Below, piece by piece: positions 19,401 through 27,396 of a stretch of DNA of 64,000 nt (positions within the stretch are counted from its first letter, which is position 1; each line of letters opens with the position of its first letter). A program made the position numbers and the translations under genes. The notes beneath the pieces were generated by a model. The model saw only the letters and a list, made by a program, of their open reading frames with translations, was not told the DNA's origin and made no database searches. The stretch comes from Candidatus Aminicenantes bacterium (GTDB lineage: Bacteria; Acidobacteriota; Aminicenantia; Aminicenantales; JAFGBC01). Where the stretch lies: NCBI GenBank assembly GCA_963702005.1, contig OY969696.1, forward strand, positions 3,904,001 through 3,968,000. The letters run 5' to 3'.

Positions 19401-19651
19401 GCGACATCGACCTCTTGATTCATTTTCAGGGAACGAAGTCCCAGCGCCGGGACCTGGTCTCCTGGCTGGAGGGGTGGAGCCTCTGCTTAGACGAGATGAA
19501 TTTCCAAAAAACGGGATATAAGAGCGGGGGACTTCTCGATATCCATTTCGTCACCGATGCGGATGTCGCTAAAAAGACGAGTCATGCGGCCAAGATCGGC
19601 GCGGTCACGGACGCGGCCCGACTCCTCCCGCTCAAAGAATTGGTCAAATAA
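16469..19651 (+). CDS. GAF-like sensor + PPDK-type ATP-grasp + His motif + minimal nucleotidyltransferase fusion protein
   Basis: N-terminal ERAKELNCLY..WQYP; LGGKSTGL, VRSSSLLED, FSGKYKS, GLGTRAV, DIEFA; SFGTHFF; C-terminal GSAKNATAGPQSDIDL (GS..DxD). Confidence 0.85.
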   Translation: MNENSKNTDSVIWFLSERAKELNCLYKIEELLNKPDADLDDICRGVIEAIPPGWQYPDICVAKISLEGHAAQSPNFKETAWVQNADIKVQDKHIGRLSIYYIEEMPHAADGPFLKEETKLLGTIVDRLGHYILYTRMKQAYQEYQTARRGVSADRADEWRVALNFLRQTNKNLFLNISRRMLNFLSWGGIQEAEKLLLKTLAGKKAGESYSEEENFPDQVRPQSFDEKISEETFNLAARHLSTGQILANIHKWIQEDRLSFLVEVTNRNLSLAQVVDAIRRYHHIAAEGIALPPESRRGVLVSLIRRFLSEQPEFITTAIKNIEIDDFYEILDHIIFSPESQGRLGGKSTGLFLAKHIIEKSADSLSHFSPIKVPKTWYISSEGLLSFLSYNNLNEVVEQKYKDINQVRLEYPHIVQTFKNSQFPTHIVQGLSMVLDDFKDQPIIVRSSSLLEDRMGSSFSGKYKSLFLANQGSKGERLEALKDAIAEIYASTYGPDPISYRSERNLLDFAEEMGIMIQEVVGTRVGDYFFPSFAGVALSRNEFRWSPWIKREDGLLRLVPGLGTRAVDRTSDDYSVMIAPGQVGLRVNVSADEVIRYSPKKMDVINLKTNGFETIEAKDLLRRYGHQLPAADKIVSLYDGQCLRKPLGRTIDWEKDDLVITFEGLIDSTPFISQLREVMRILKEKLQFPVDIEFASDGKSFYLLQCRMQSYLEGSEPAYIPKNLPKEKIVFLANRFISNGRIPDITHIVYVDPQSYDELPNREMLLAVGRAVGKLNKLLPRRRFILMGPGRWGSRGDIKLGIKASYSDISNTAVLIEIARKKGHYLPDLSFGTHFFQDLVEGEIRYLPLYPDEKGSILKEDFFKKSANILPQILPEFADLADTIKVIDIPGSTDGMALRILMNADLDEAVGFLVNPEVEPLSPLPGREKEKGKPENHWAWRLEMAEHIASQLDAGRFGVKALYIIGSAKNATAGPQSDIDLLIHFQGTKSQRRDLVSWLEGWSLCLDEMNFQKTGYKSGGLLDIHFVTDADVAKKTSHAAKIGAVTDAARLLPLKELVK

Positions 19652-20507
19652 GCTCTTTGCTGGCGGCGTCTAATTGCTCCAGCTGAAAACGAATCAGAGC
19701 AAGCTCCGGCCCGTCGTGCGCGGCCGAGAAGCAGTGTGTCCGGCCGATGCGATCCCTCCAGGAAGCGGAGAGTCTCGCCGCCTCATGGACATGCCCGTGA
19801 AGCGTCAGAAACGGCTGTCGAGCCTCGATGAAGCGGCGGATAGCGATGCTGCCCAGATGATGATCGAGGGGGACGTAATCGATCATCTGTCCTTTGAGGC
19901 AAGAAAGGTCGAGCTTCGTTTGATAGGGAGGCGAATGGAAAAGAAAGACGGCCTTGGTCAGGTCTTCATTCTTCGTCAACCGTTCAAGGTCCTCCTTGAT
20001 GGTTGAATATTTGCTCTCCCGCTCGGAAACCGGAACGGACCGCAGTCCCTCTTCGGGGGATATTGTTCCAGGATCGATGTAGCGAGAGACGTCATAGCGC
20101 TCCCAGTCTTTCAGTCGGAAAGGAGTCGGTGGAACATAAGCATAGCCGTAGAGGGGAAAACCGTCGAAAACCACCTTGCGGTTATGAATATACTCCCAGA
20201 CGCCCTGGACGGCCGCATCCAGGACCGCGGCTTCTTCAAATCGGCCGTCGTCATTGCCCATGACCAGAAAGATCCTGGGATAGTCCGTCAGGAGCTCCTG
20301 ACGCAAAGCAAGGAAATTCTTCACAAGAAAGCCGTTGAAAAAATCTTGCTGGCTAAGACTCAAAGAGTCGCGAGCGGGCCGAGCCAAGGGCAAAAAATCG
20401 CCGCCGATGAAGACGGCCTTCGGCTTCTCAAGGGAAATAGCCCTAAAAAGCTTCTGATAGCGGCGCAGATCGCCGTGGAGATCGGAGACGAAAAAGCAAT
20501 TCCCCAC
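19644..20507 (-). CDS. Calcineurin-like metallophosphoesterase (Icc-related)
   Basis: SDLHG, GGD, GNDD, FHSPP, HGHVHE; likely GTG start at 20507. Confidence 0.85.
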   Translation of the reverse strand: MGNCFFVSDLHGDLRRYQKLFRAISLEKPKAVFIGGDFLPLARPARDSLSLSQQDFFNGFLVKNFLALRQELLTDYPRIFLVMGNDDGRFEEAAVLDAAVQGVWEYIHNRKVVFDGFPLYGYAYVPPTPFRLKDWERYDVSRYIDPGTISPEEGLRSVPVSERESKYSTIKEDLERLTKNEDLTKAVFLFHSPPYQTKLDLSCLKGQMIDYVPLDHHLGSIAIRRFIEARQPFLTLHGHVHEAARLSASWRDRIGRTHCFSAAHDGPELALIRFQLEQLDAASKELI

Positions 20508-20575
20508 GAAAAAATTATAAGCCAAAATTACTAAAAGTGACAATCGGCACGGATGAACCCGGCACCCGACCTCTG

Positions 20576-21301
20576 TCAAGCGTCTTCTTCATCCCCGAAC
20601 TTATAGCCGACGCCTCGAACGGTTTGGATATATTTCTTGGCCCCGCTCAGCTTTTTTCGAAGACCGGTCATATGATAATCGACGACGCGCTCCGTGATGG
20701 GATAGCCGTCCTCGCGGACATGATCAAGGATGAATGATCGGGTGAAAACCTGATTGGGCTTCCCGGCCATCAGGGCGAGAATCTCGAATTCTGTCTTGGA
20801 GAGATGGACCTTTTTGCCGTTGACGCGGACCTCGTAGGCTCCTCGATCGATGATCATATTGCCTATTTCCAGCCTTGTTTTTTCTTTTTCCGTCGATTTC
20901 TTCATCCTTCGCAGCAGAGCCTGGATGCGGGCCAGCAGGATTTCCGGCTCAAAAGGCTTGGTGATGTAGTCGTCGGCGAACTCCCTTAAGCCGGCGACAA
21001 CGTCTTCGACCTGCTTCTTGGCTGTGACCATGATGATCAAGGCATTGGATGTCCTAGAGTCCTTTTTCAGGATGCCGCAAACTTTCAACCCATCAATCCC
21101 GGGAAGGATAAGGTCCAGGAGAATAAGATCCGGCCTCTCTCGTCTGGCCAGCTGTAGGGCTTCCTCGCCGCTCTGGGCGCCGAGAACTTGGTATCCTTCT
21201 TTCCAGAGGATAAAAGAGAGGCTATTTTGAAGGTTGACATCGTCCTCAACGCACAATATCTTGATCTTGGCGCCAGGCTGAACTTCGCTTGGAGACTTCA
21301 T
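20576..21301 (-). CDS. OmpR/PhoB-family response regulator (no canonical histidine kinase nearby)
   Basis: VEDD, LLDLILPGIDG, DDYITKPF, winged helix ending IQTVRGVGY; start MKSP at 21301. Confidence 0.92.
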   Translation of the reverse strand: MKSPSEVQPGAKIKILCVEDDVNLQNSLSFILWKEGYQVLGAQSGEEALQLARRERPDLILLDLILPGIDGLKVCGILKKDSRTSNALIIMVTAKKQVEDVVAGLREFADDYITKPFEPEILLARIQALLRRMKKSTEKEKTRLEIGNMIIDRGAYEVRVNGKKVHLSKTEFEILALMAGKPNQVFTRSFILDHVREDGYPITERVVDYHMTGLRKKLSGAKKYIQTVRGVGYKFGDEEDA

Positions 21302-21435
21302 TCTATTACTGCCGTTCTTCAAGAAACAAAGAATATTGTAATTAAATCCAAACAAAAAGCAAATAAATCCATAACAATTCGCGCCGTCTACGATAAAAAA
21401 CATCGGAGAAAAAAATAGAGCTAGGCGGGAACGGG

Positions 21436-22881
21436 TCAGCGGCTTCGGGCTCTTTCCTGATAGACTTTGATCCATTTTTCGACGATTTGAATCAGCGTCC
21501 CTCTCAACTCGGCAGCGCTTCCGTGGATGGGGCGGAGCTCCTCGGCAAGTTCCGGATATTCTTTTCGATCCAGCCAGGACGAAATGATATCGTTATCCGA
21601 ATAGGGCTGAATGACGCCCGCGTCCAGAGTTTTAAGACACATCCAGAGCTCGCGCAGGTTGAATATCTTGTGTCCGTCGATGATCAGCGGGATCCGCTTG
21701 ATCCGGGCCATCTCCCTCCGGAAATCTCTCTTCAACAGGGTGATGAGCTGCCGGCCCCGGCTTCTTCTCGGGCGCAGGCGGTCGCCGAGTTCCTGAAAAC
21801 TGTGCATATAAAGCCACGTGGAGAATTTATCTTTTTCCCCGTAGCTTTCCAAAATATCCCTGAGCCGTCGGCCCGGCGGGCAGTCTTTCTCGGCTTCCGA
21901 CAGGATCTGGCAAATTCCGTGAATGTCTTTAGCCCGATGCAATTCCCGCCCGTCTTCGTCATAGATGAGAAAATCTCCCAGCCCCGTGAAATTGAGAATA
22001 TAATCCTTAAGCTTCTCCAGGCTTCCCGGATCGCCCTTGGGAAGAATAAAGCCGAGGTCGCTTAATTCATGAGCCTCTTTCGCCTTAGAGGCGATAATCA
22101 CGGGAATCCGAGGATAGGCGCTTTTCACCAGGCGGATCAGGTCGCGGCCGGCATCCGTCTGGAGTTCGTTGTGTTTGGGAAAATAGATATCCGCGATCAG
22201 ACAAACGACGTCATCGCCGTGCCCGCTTGATAAAGACCCTTTGTCCTTGATCTGAGATTCATCCTCAACGCCAAAAATGAATCGAAGACTCTCCTCGTAG
22301 GTTCGAGTGATCATCACATCCGCACGTTGGCCGATAATACTATAAAGGACGGGGAGGAATTGAGAGAACCAGCGCGGCTCATCATCGACGATATGAAAAA
22401 TAAACCGCCGGGCGTTAGAATATTTCTTGATATTGAGCAAATCCTCCGCCGCCCGGACGACGGAGGCAAGAATTCTCTCGGGCGCGCATTCGTTCCGGTT
22501 GACGGCAAAGATGAGGTCGGCCTTGGTCACATAGGGATACCTCTGGGCGGCAGCTTGAGGGGGGGAACACTGGATGAAAACTTGGGAGGAGAGAAGAACA
22601 AGAACAGCGTCTGGGTTGTGAACGCGGATTGTATTCGTATCGAGAATCGCCAGGGCGGTATCATCAAACAGAAATACACAGGCCTTTTCATAAGCGCGGC
22701 TCATAACCGACGGCGGATCATGGAGAACTTCCGTCTCAAGCCAGGGCATATTTTTCCCCAAAATTTCCAGGCCCTCGCGGATCCGTGAATCAGCGGCAAA
22801 AATGACCGCCTTTTTCATCCTGACCGGGTTGATAATCCGAGGAATGAAGGGATGCTCTCTGTTCCCGCTTCGGCTATTCAT
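21436..22881 (-). CDS. Receiver-like domain protein with C-terminal helical S-x-WL repeats
   Basis: FHIVDDEP, LIADIYFP and IPVIIAS resemble a receiver fold; DKFSTWL and DIISSWL repeats. Confidence 0.6.
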   Translation of the reverse strand: MNSRSGNREHPFIPRIINPVRMKKAVIFAADSRIREGLEILGKNMPWLETEVLHDPPSVMSRAYEKACVFLFDDTALAILDTNTIRVHNPDAVLVLLSSQVFIQCSPPQAAAQRYPYVTKADLIFAVNRNECAPERILASVVRAAEDLLNIKKYSNARRFIFHIVDDEPRWFSQFLPVLYSIIGQRADVMITRTYEESLRFIFGVEDESQIKDKGSLSSGHGDDVVCLIADIYFPKHNELQTDAGRDLIRLVKSAYPRIPVIIASKAKEAHELSDLGFILPKGDPGSLEKLKDYILNFTGLGDFLIYDEDGRELHRAKDIHGICQILSEAEKDCPPGRRLRDILESYGEKDKFSTWLYMHSFQELGDRLRPRRSRGRQLITLLKRDFRREMARIKRIPLIIDGHKIFNLRELWMCLKTLDAGVIQPYSDNDIISSWLDRKEYPELAEELRPIHGSAAELRGTLIQIVEKWIKVYQERARSR

Positions 22882-24541
22882 TTTCTAAAACGACTTCGCA
22901 GCGTTGTTTGAGACAGTCCGCATAGACCGTCACCGGCCCCGGGAAAGACAAGACACCGAGGACGCTATCGGGCTGGGAACAGGAAAAAAGCCAGGGGTCG
23001 AAGGTATCCTGCATGGGCATGATATAGCCATAAATGATGTTGTTGCCCGCCAGGTTCGTCAGAAAATGCGTTCCCTGGGTTCCATACATCCTGGTCTGCA
23101 GTCTTTTTTGATCCTCATTAAAGCCGCCTTGAATCATATACAGAAAATGACTGCCGTAGACTCCTCCGGTTAAGCTCTCCTCTTCCGGCAAAGGTTCCGA
23201 CCGTCCCTCCACATCCACTCCGTATTCGAAAATAGCCGCCGCCTGATCCACGTCTTTATACTCAACGAAGATGCCCCAGTCTTTGTTTCGGCTTCCGAGA
23301 CGGCCCGGCACAATCAAGATATATTTCTCGTTCCGGCTCGCCATGTCTTGGTTGATCTGGGCGATTTTCTTGCGGACGACGGGCTGGAACTCTTTCTTAT
23401 AAATAAACGGAGATACGACGAGCGCATGTTTGATGTTCCTTTTAATCCCATGTCCCTGGGCATTATTGATGGCGAGATAGGTATGAAGGACGGACGGGGG
23501 GATCTGGATGGAGTCCAACTTCAATTCAGGCAGCTGAGTCAACTGGACAATGTGAAAAGTCCCGTCTCCTTTGTCCTTCCTGGAAAAATCGAGGTTGAAG
23601 ACAAATTCGATCAGAAACTGAGAAGAGATACGAGAGGCGATGATCTCCATGATTTCCACGAGGCCTGTCTTGAATCCGAAATGGTTATTCTGGATGAGAT
23701 CTTCTATGGTGATGAGGTTGTTCCGGATTCCCAACAGCTTGATCTTATGGTAATTGGCGAACCGGACATGAAGCTTCTTCATGGTTTCCAGTTCTTCGCC
23801 CTTGAGCTCCCTATTTTTGGTCATGTCCAGAGCATAAAAAAATTGCTGGCCGCTTCCAATTCGCAAGAGACGGAGGGGGATAGGATTGGAGATCGTGGCC
23901 ATGGAGATAACGGGAAAATCGTCCAAGACGGTGGCATAGCCGTGTCCGAAAGCGATCCGGGCAAAGCCTTCGCTGGGATTCTGGTTCTTGAGGGCGTGCG
24001 GGAAGAAGGAAACGGCGACCCCGGAAATATAAGGATAATAAACGGGGCCGGCGTAGGTGTCATCGAATATTCCCGGAATGGGATTGATGACGATGGCCAT
24101 TTTCTCTCGGCTCGAGGCGGGTTGTTTCCTGAGAAAATCATTGTAGATATGGGTCACGGCTTGGATGACCTGAGAAAGTCTCACTTCAGGATCAGGGTGA
24201 TTGTTGGGCAGCATGAAGGACGCGTTCTCCCCGGCATGAATGGAACCTCCGGCCTGCGCCGTCGGACCCGCCTCATTTGTCGCGGAAGAGCGAATTCCCA
24301 AAGGAACGTCCGTCAATTCTCCAAGAATCGAGAGCACGACATTTTGTTCCTCGTCCCCAAATCTTCCGTCATTGGCGAGGAAACTATCAAAGAAGGAAGT
24401 GGTCAGGATATAGGTTTTCAACTTGCTGACCTTGGGAAGGGAAAGTTGGTTGATCTTAACGAGTCCGGCTCCCTTCCCGCCCAGAGAACCCGTCCCGTAG
24501 ATTTTGACAGCCTCGGCTATTTGGGCCATGGGAATATTCAT
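22874..24541 (-). CDS. Divergent PPDK-type ATP-grasp protein
   Basis: GSLGGKGAGL, GIRSSA, SGVAVS, IEFVF, PGRLGS; two His motifs YGSHFL and QGTHFL; several ATP-grasp residues altered. Confidence 0.7.
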   Translation of the reverse strand: MNIPMAQIAEAVKIYGTGSLGGKGAGLVKINQLSLPKVSKLKTYILTTSFFDSFLANDGRFGDEEQNVVLSILGELTDVPLGIRSSATNEAGPTAQAGGSIHAGENASFMLPNNHPDPEVRLSQVIQAVTHIYNDFLRKQPASSREKMAIVINPIPGIFDDTYAGPVYYPYISGVAVSFFPHALKNQNPSEGFARIAFGHGYATVLDDFPVISMATISNPIPLRLLRIGSGQQFFYALDMTKNRELKGEELETMKKLHVRFANYHKIKLLGIRNNLITIEDLIQNNHFGFKTGLVEIMEIIASRISSQFLIEFVFNLDFSRKDKGDGTFHIVQLTQLPELKLDSIQIPPSVLHTYLAINNAQGHGIKRNIKHALVVSPFIYKKEFQPVVRKKIAQINQDMASRNEKYILIVPGRLGSRNKDWGIFVEYKDVDQAAAIFEYGVDVEGRSEPLPEEESLTGGVYGSHFLYMIQGGFNEDQKRLQTRMYGTQGTHFLTNLAGNNIIYGYIMPMQDTFDPWLFSCSQPDSVLGVLSFPGPVTVYADCLKQRCEVVLENE

Positions 24542-24609
24542 CTATCCGCATTCATTTTAAAGATAATTATTCTTCCAGTAAAGATATGTTCGATGACCGG
24601 AGGAAGACG

Positions 24610-24712
24610 CCTGCGGGGCCGCTCGCCGGCTTAATCCGGCCGGGCGTCAATGATGACCGATGCCGCTAGGAAGGGCGGCGGAATAGCGGTCGGGTGCAGC
24701 GCTTTGTTAGGT
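24610..24712 (-). other. Degenerate attC site
   Basis: R'' ACCTAAC overlaps the ADH stop and is followed by aaagcgctgcacccgac (L''-like) and a partial palindrome; no intact GTTRRRY R' box. Confidence 0.45.
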
Positions 24713-25684
24713 TTGGCTATTAGGTTCCAACGTTATTACAACATTTCCCGTTTTTTGACCTGTTTCGACATACCTAGTGGCCTGGATAATTTGTTCGAGT
24801 GGATAGCGTCTATCGATGACCGCTTTATACTTTCCCGCCTCGATAATCTCTTTGAAAAAGAGCACGTTTTCTTTGTTTTCCTTCGGAATCGCAATCATGA
24901 CTTTTTTACTGCCGATTTTTGCAGTCAACACTAGAAAGAAAAGGTTCTGCCATAAAAATCCCAGATCAGTTTCAAGATAGGCTCCGCCTTGCTTTAGAGA
25001 GTTTTTACAGCGTAAAAACGAATGCTTGCCGACTGCGTCAAAAATAACGTCATAGGTCAGACCATTCTTGGTAAAATCATCTTTTGTGTAATCAATGACT
25101 CGATCCGCTCCCAAAGATTTCACTGTTTCTACATTCTTGGTATTGCACACCGCCGTAACATCCGCTCCGAAGTACTTGGCAAGCTGTACCCCTGCAGTAC
25201 CTATAGACCCGGATGCTCCATAGATCAGGATTTTTTTTCCGCTCTGAATATTGACTTTTTTCAGGCAACTCAATGCAAGCGTTGCCCCATCGCAGACAGC
25301 AGCAGCTTCCTCGTAGGTCATATTGACCGGTTTTGTTGCGATAGCCCCTTCTTCCGGCAGGCATAAATACTCGGCATGAGCGCCAAAACTGTTGCCGGTC
25401 AACCCAAATACCTGATCGCCCTTTTTGAATGATTTGACATCCTTGCCGACCGCTTCGATTTCCCCGGCGAACTCGCTCCCCAGTATCGTTCTTCTCGGTC
25501 TGATGAGGCCGCTAAAAAATCTCACAATAAATGGCCTGGGCTTTCGAAATCCGCAGTCCGTTCGGTTGACCGTTGTCGCATGTATTTTTATCAGCAATTC
25601 ATTTTCATTGGGAGTCGGTTTTGCTATATCTTTGAGTTGAAGAACCTCCGGCGGTCCGTATCTTGTGTAGACAATCGCTTTCAT
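24707..25684 (-). CDS. NAD(P)-dependent MDR-family alcohol dehydrogenase/quinone oxidoreductase
   Basis: [39 protein letters not shown]. Confidence 0.9.
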   Translation of the reverse strand: MKAIVYTRYGPPEVLQLKDIAKPTPNENELLIKIHATTVNRTDCGFRKPRPFIVRFFSGLIRPRRTILGSEFAGEIEAVGKDVKSFKKGDQVFGLTGNSFGAHAEYLCLPEEGAIATKPVNMTYEEAAAVCDGATLALSCLKKVNIQSGKKILIYGASGSIGTAGVQLAKYFGADVTAVCNTKNVETVKSLGADRVIDYTKDDFTKNGLTYDVIFDAVGKHSFLRCKNSLKQGGAYLETDLGFLWQNLFFLVLTAKIGSKKVMIAIPKENKENVLFFKEIIEAGKYKAVIDRRYPLEQIIQATRYVETGQKTGNVVITLEPNSQT

Positions 25685-25709
25685 GAGTATTTCTCCCAAG
25701 TTGCTTTAA

Positions 25710-26090
25710 TTATGATTGCTTTTTCTTTCCCTTCTCGATAACTTCCTTAACCCTAAATTTTGTAATCCTAGAAATGAGGCCATAAGGTATTGGTTTTTCA
25801 GGAGGAAACCTTATCGTTCCTTTCGATGTTTCATATGCTTCCAATTCCCTTTTAAATTTCTCTACGCCGCTAGACGTTGGAAAAAAGCTTATATGTTTGG
25901 AAAAAGCGGCAAAATGGACTAAATGGCCGCCGATCTTGAACGTTGGTATTTGGTAGCTTATCGCTTCTGTTGCGCCGGGTGCCGCTCTTTTTATCGTCGC
26001 TCTTATCTTTTGCAGGATCTCTTGAACATCATGCGGAAAGCCCGCGATGTATTCATCTATATTCTTGGGTGTTGATTGATCATTTTTCAT
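25710..26090 (-). CDS. DUF1801/YdhG-family protein
   Basis: IDEYI, ISYQIPTF, FAAFSKHI, SKGTIRFP. Confidence 0.85.
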   Translation of the reverse strand: MKNDQSTPKNIDEYIAGFPHDVQEILQKIRATIKRAAPGATEAISYQIPTFKIGGHLVHFAAFSKHISFFPTSSGVEKFKRELEAYETSKGTIRFPPEKPIPYGLISRITKFRVKEVIEKGKKKQS

Positions 26091-26141
26091 GCTTCCTCTC
26101 CGTTGTATCCTGAATAGCGGAGCTGTGATCGAGACCGTGTC

Positions 26142-27065
26142 TTATCTTCTCCGGTACACATCGGTGCTCAAGTACTTAAGGCCGGAGTCGGCTATCAGCG
26201 TGACCACCTTGGCATCGGGCCCGAGCCGCTCTGCGACTCGAATCGCGGCGACGACGTTCGCTCCGGAAGACGTCCCCGCGAAGAGGGCTTCCTCCCGCGC
26301 GATGCGCCTCGCCATGTCCTTCGCATCGTCCGTTCTGACCGCAAGGATGTCGTCCACGAGAGTCGGCTCCCAGAGTGGAGGAGTGTAGCCAATCCCAACT
26401 CCTTCGATCTGGTGAGGGCCCGCCTGCCCTCCCAGCAACACCGAGGATTCCGCGGGTTCGACGACGACGATCTTGATACTCGGTTTGTATCGTTTCAGCA
26501 CCGTGGCGACCCCACGCAAAGAAGCCGCCGTACCCGCGCAGTGAACGAAGGCGTCGATCTCCCCCTTCGTTTGACTCCAGATCTCCTCGCCCAGCGGGTA
26601 GTAACCCGCGATGCTGTCATGGTTGTTGAGTTGGTCGATCCAGTAGGTGTGAGGCTCTTGGCTCAACCCACGGGCGGCCTCGATCATGTCCAGGATCAGC
26701 TTCTTGGTGGTGAGGCCTCCCTCGCTCGGGACGAGCGTCAGCTCGGCGCCAAGCGCCGCCATCTGATCCAGCTTCTCCCGGCTGAACGCATCGGAGCTGA
26801 CGATCCGGAGACGGTAGCCTTTGGCGGCGCAGACTAATGCAAGCGATGCCCCTGTGCTGCCACCCGTGTACTCGACGACGGTGTCTCCGGGCTTTAGTCG
26901 GCCGTCCTCCTCCGCCCGCGAAATCACGGCCCGTGCCATCCGGTCCTTGAGGCTGCCGCTGGGATTCTCCCACTCGAGCTTCACGAAGATGTCCGCACAA
27001 TGGGGTGGAACAACCTTGCGAAGTCGAACTATCGATGTGTTTCCAATGGCATTGAGAATGTCCAT
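26142..27065 (-). CDS. Cysteine synthase family PLP enzyme
   Basis: IGNT, KLEWENPSGSLKDR, TGGSTG, HQIEGVG, GTSSGAN, DSGLKYLST. Confidence 0.9.
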   Translation of the reverse strand: MDILNAIGNTSIVRLRKVVPPHCADIFVKLEWENPSGSLKDRMARAVISRAEEDGRLKPGDTVVEYTGGSTGASLALVCAAKGYRLRIVSSDAFSREKLDQMAALGAELTLVPSEGGLTTKKLILDMIEAARGLSQEPHTYWIDQLNNHDSIAGYYPLGEEIWSQTKGEIDAFVHCAGTAASLRGVATVLKRYKPSIKIVVVEPAESSVLLGGQAGPHQIEGVGIGYTPPLWEPTLVDDILAVRTDDAKDMARRIAREEALFAGTSSGANVVAAIRVAERLGPDAKVVTLIADSGLKYLSTDVYRRR

Positions 27066-27112
27066 GGGTGGAACTCTCCCTCTACTGGTTGGTTTCCTCG
27101 ACGTGCGCAGTA

Positions 27113-27141
27113 TATATACTATGCAAGTAGCTCGGTGTCAA
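27113..27141 (-). promoter_or_regulatory. sigma70 promoter for the cysteine synthase-DUF1801-ADH block
   Basis: TTGACA-17 bp-TATATA on the minus strand. Confidence 0.65.
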
Positions 27142-27263
27142 AAAAGGCACCTCTCGATTCGTCAAACCGTACCGTGGAGAATTGGAAAGGGTCCTCTCAC
27201 CATGCTCGACGTATTCTCCTGATTCAACGTCAATTGAAGCAGGCAGACGACTTCTAAATCGTC

Positions 27264-27379
27264 CGCTAACACCGCGGATGAGCCGCGGGCACCAGCCAAG
27301 CGCGGCGGGTGCAGCGGCGAAGCCGCGATCTGCAGCCGCCGTGACAGGCAAGCCCGTCGGCTCCATACGCTTGTTAGAG
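27264..27379 (-). other. attC site (116 bp)
   Basis: Plus strand CGCTAAC ... gagccgcgggc ... gcccgtcggctc ... GTTAGAG, an imperfect palindrome just downstream of the 646-aa gene. Confidence 0.85.
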
Positions 27380-27396
27380 CGCGCCGTCGCGCAGGA

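Noticed and set aside
14719-24541. Calling the ATP-grasp proteins ppsA/ppdK
   Set aside because: No PEP/pyruvate-binding barrel and no GGxTSHAA motif in PPDK context, so no gene symbol was assigned
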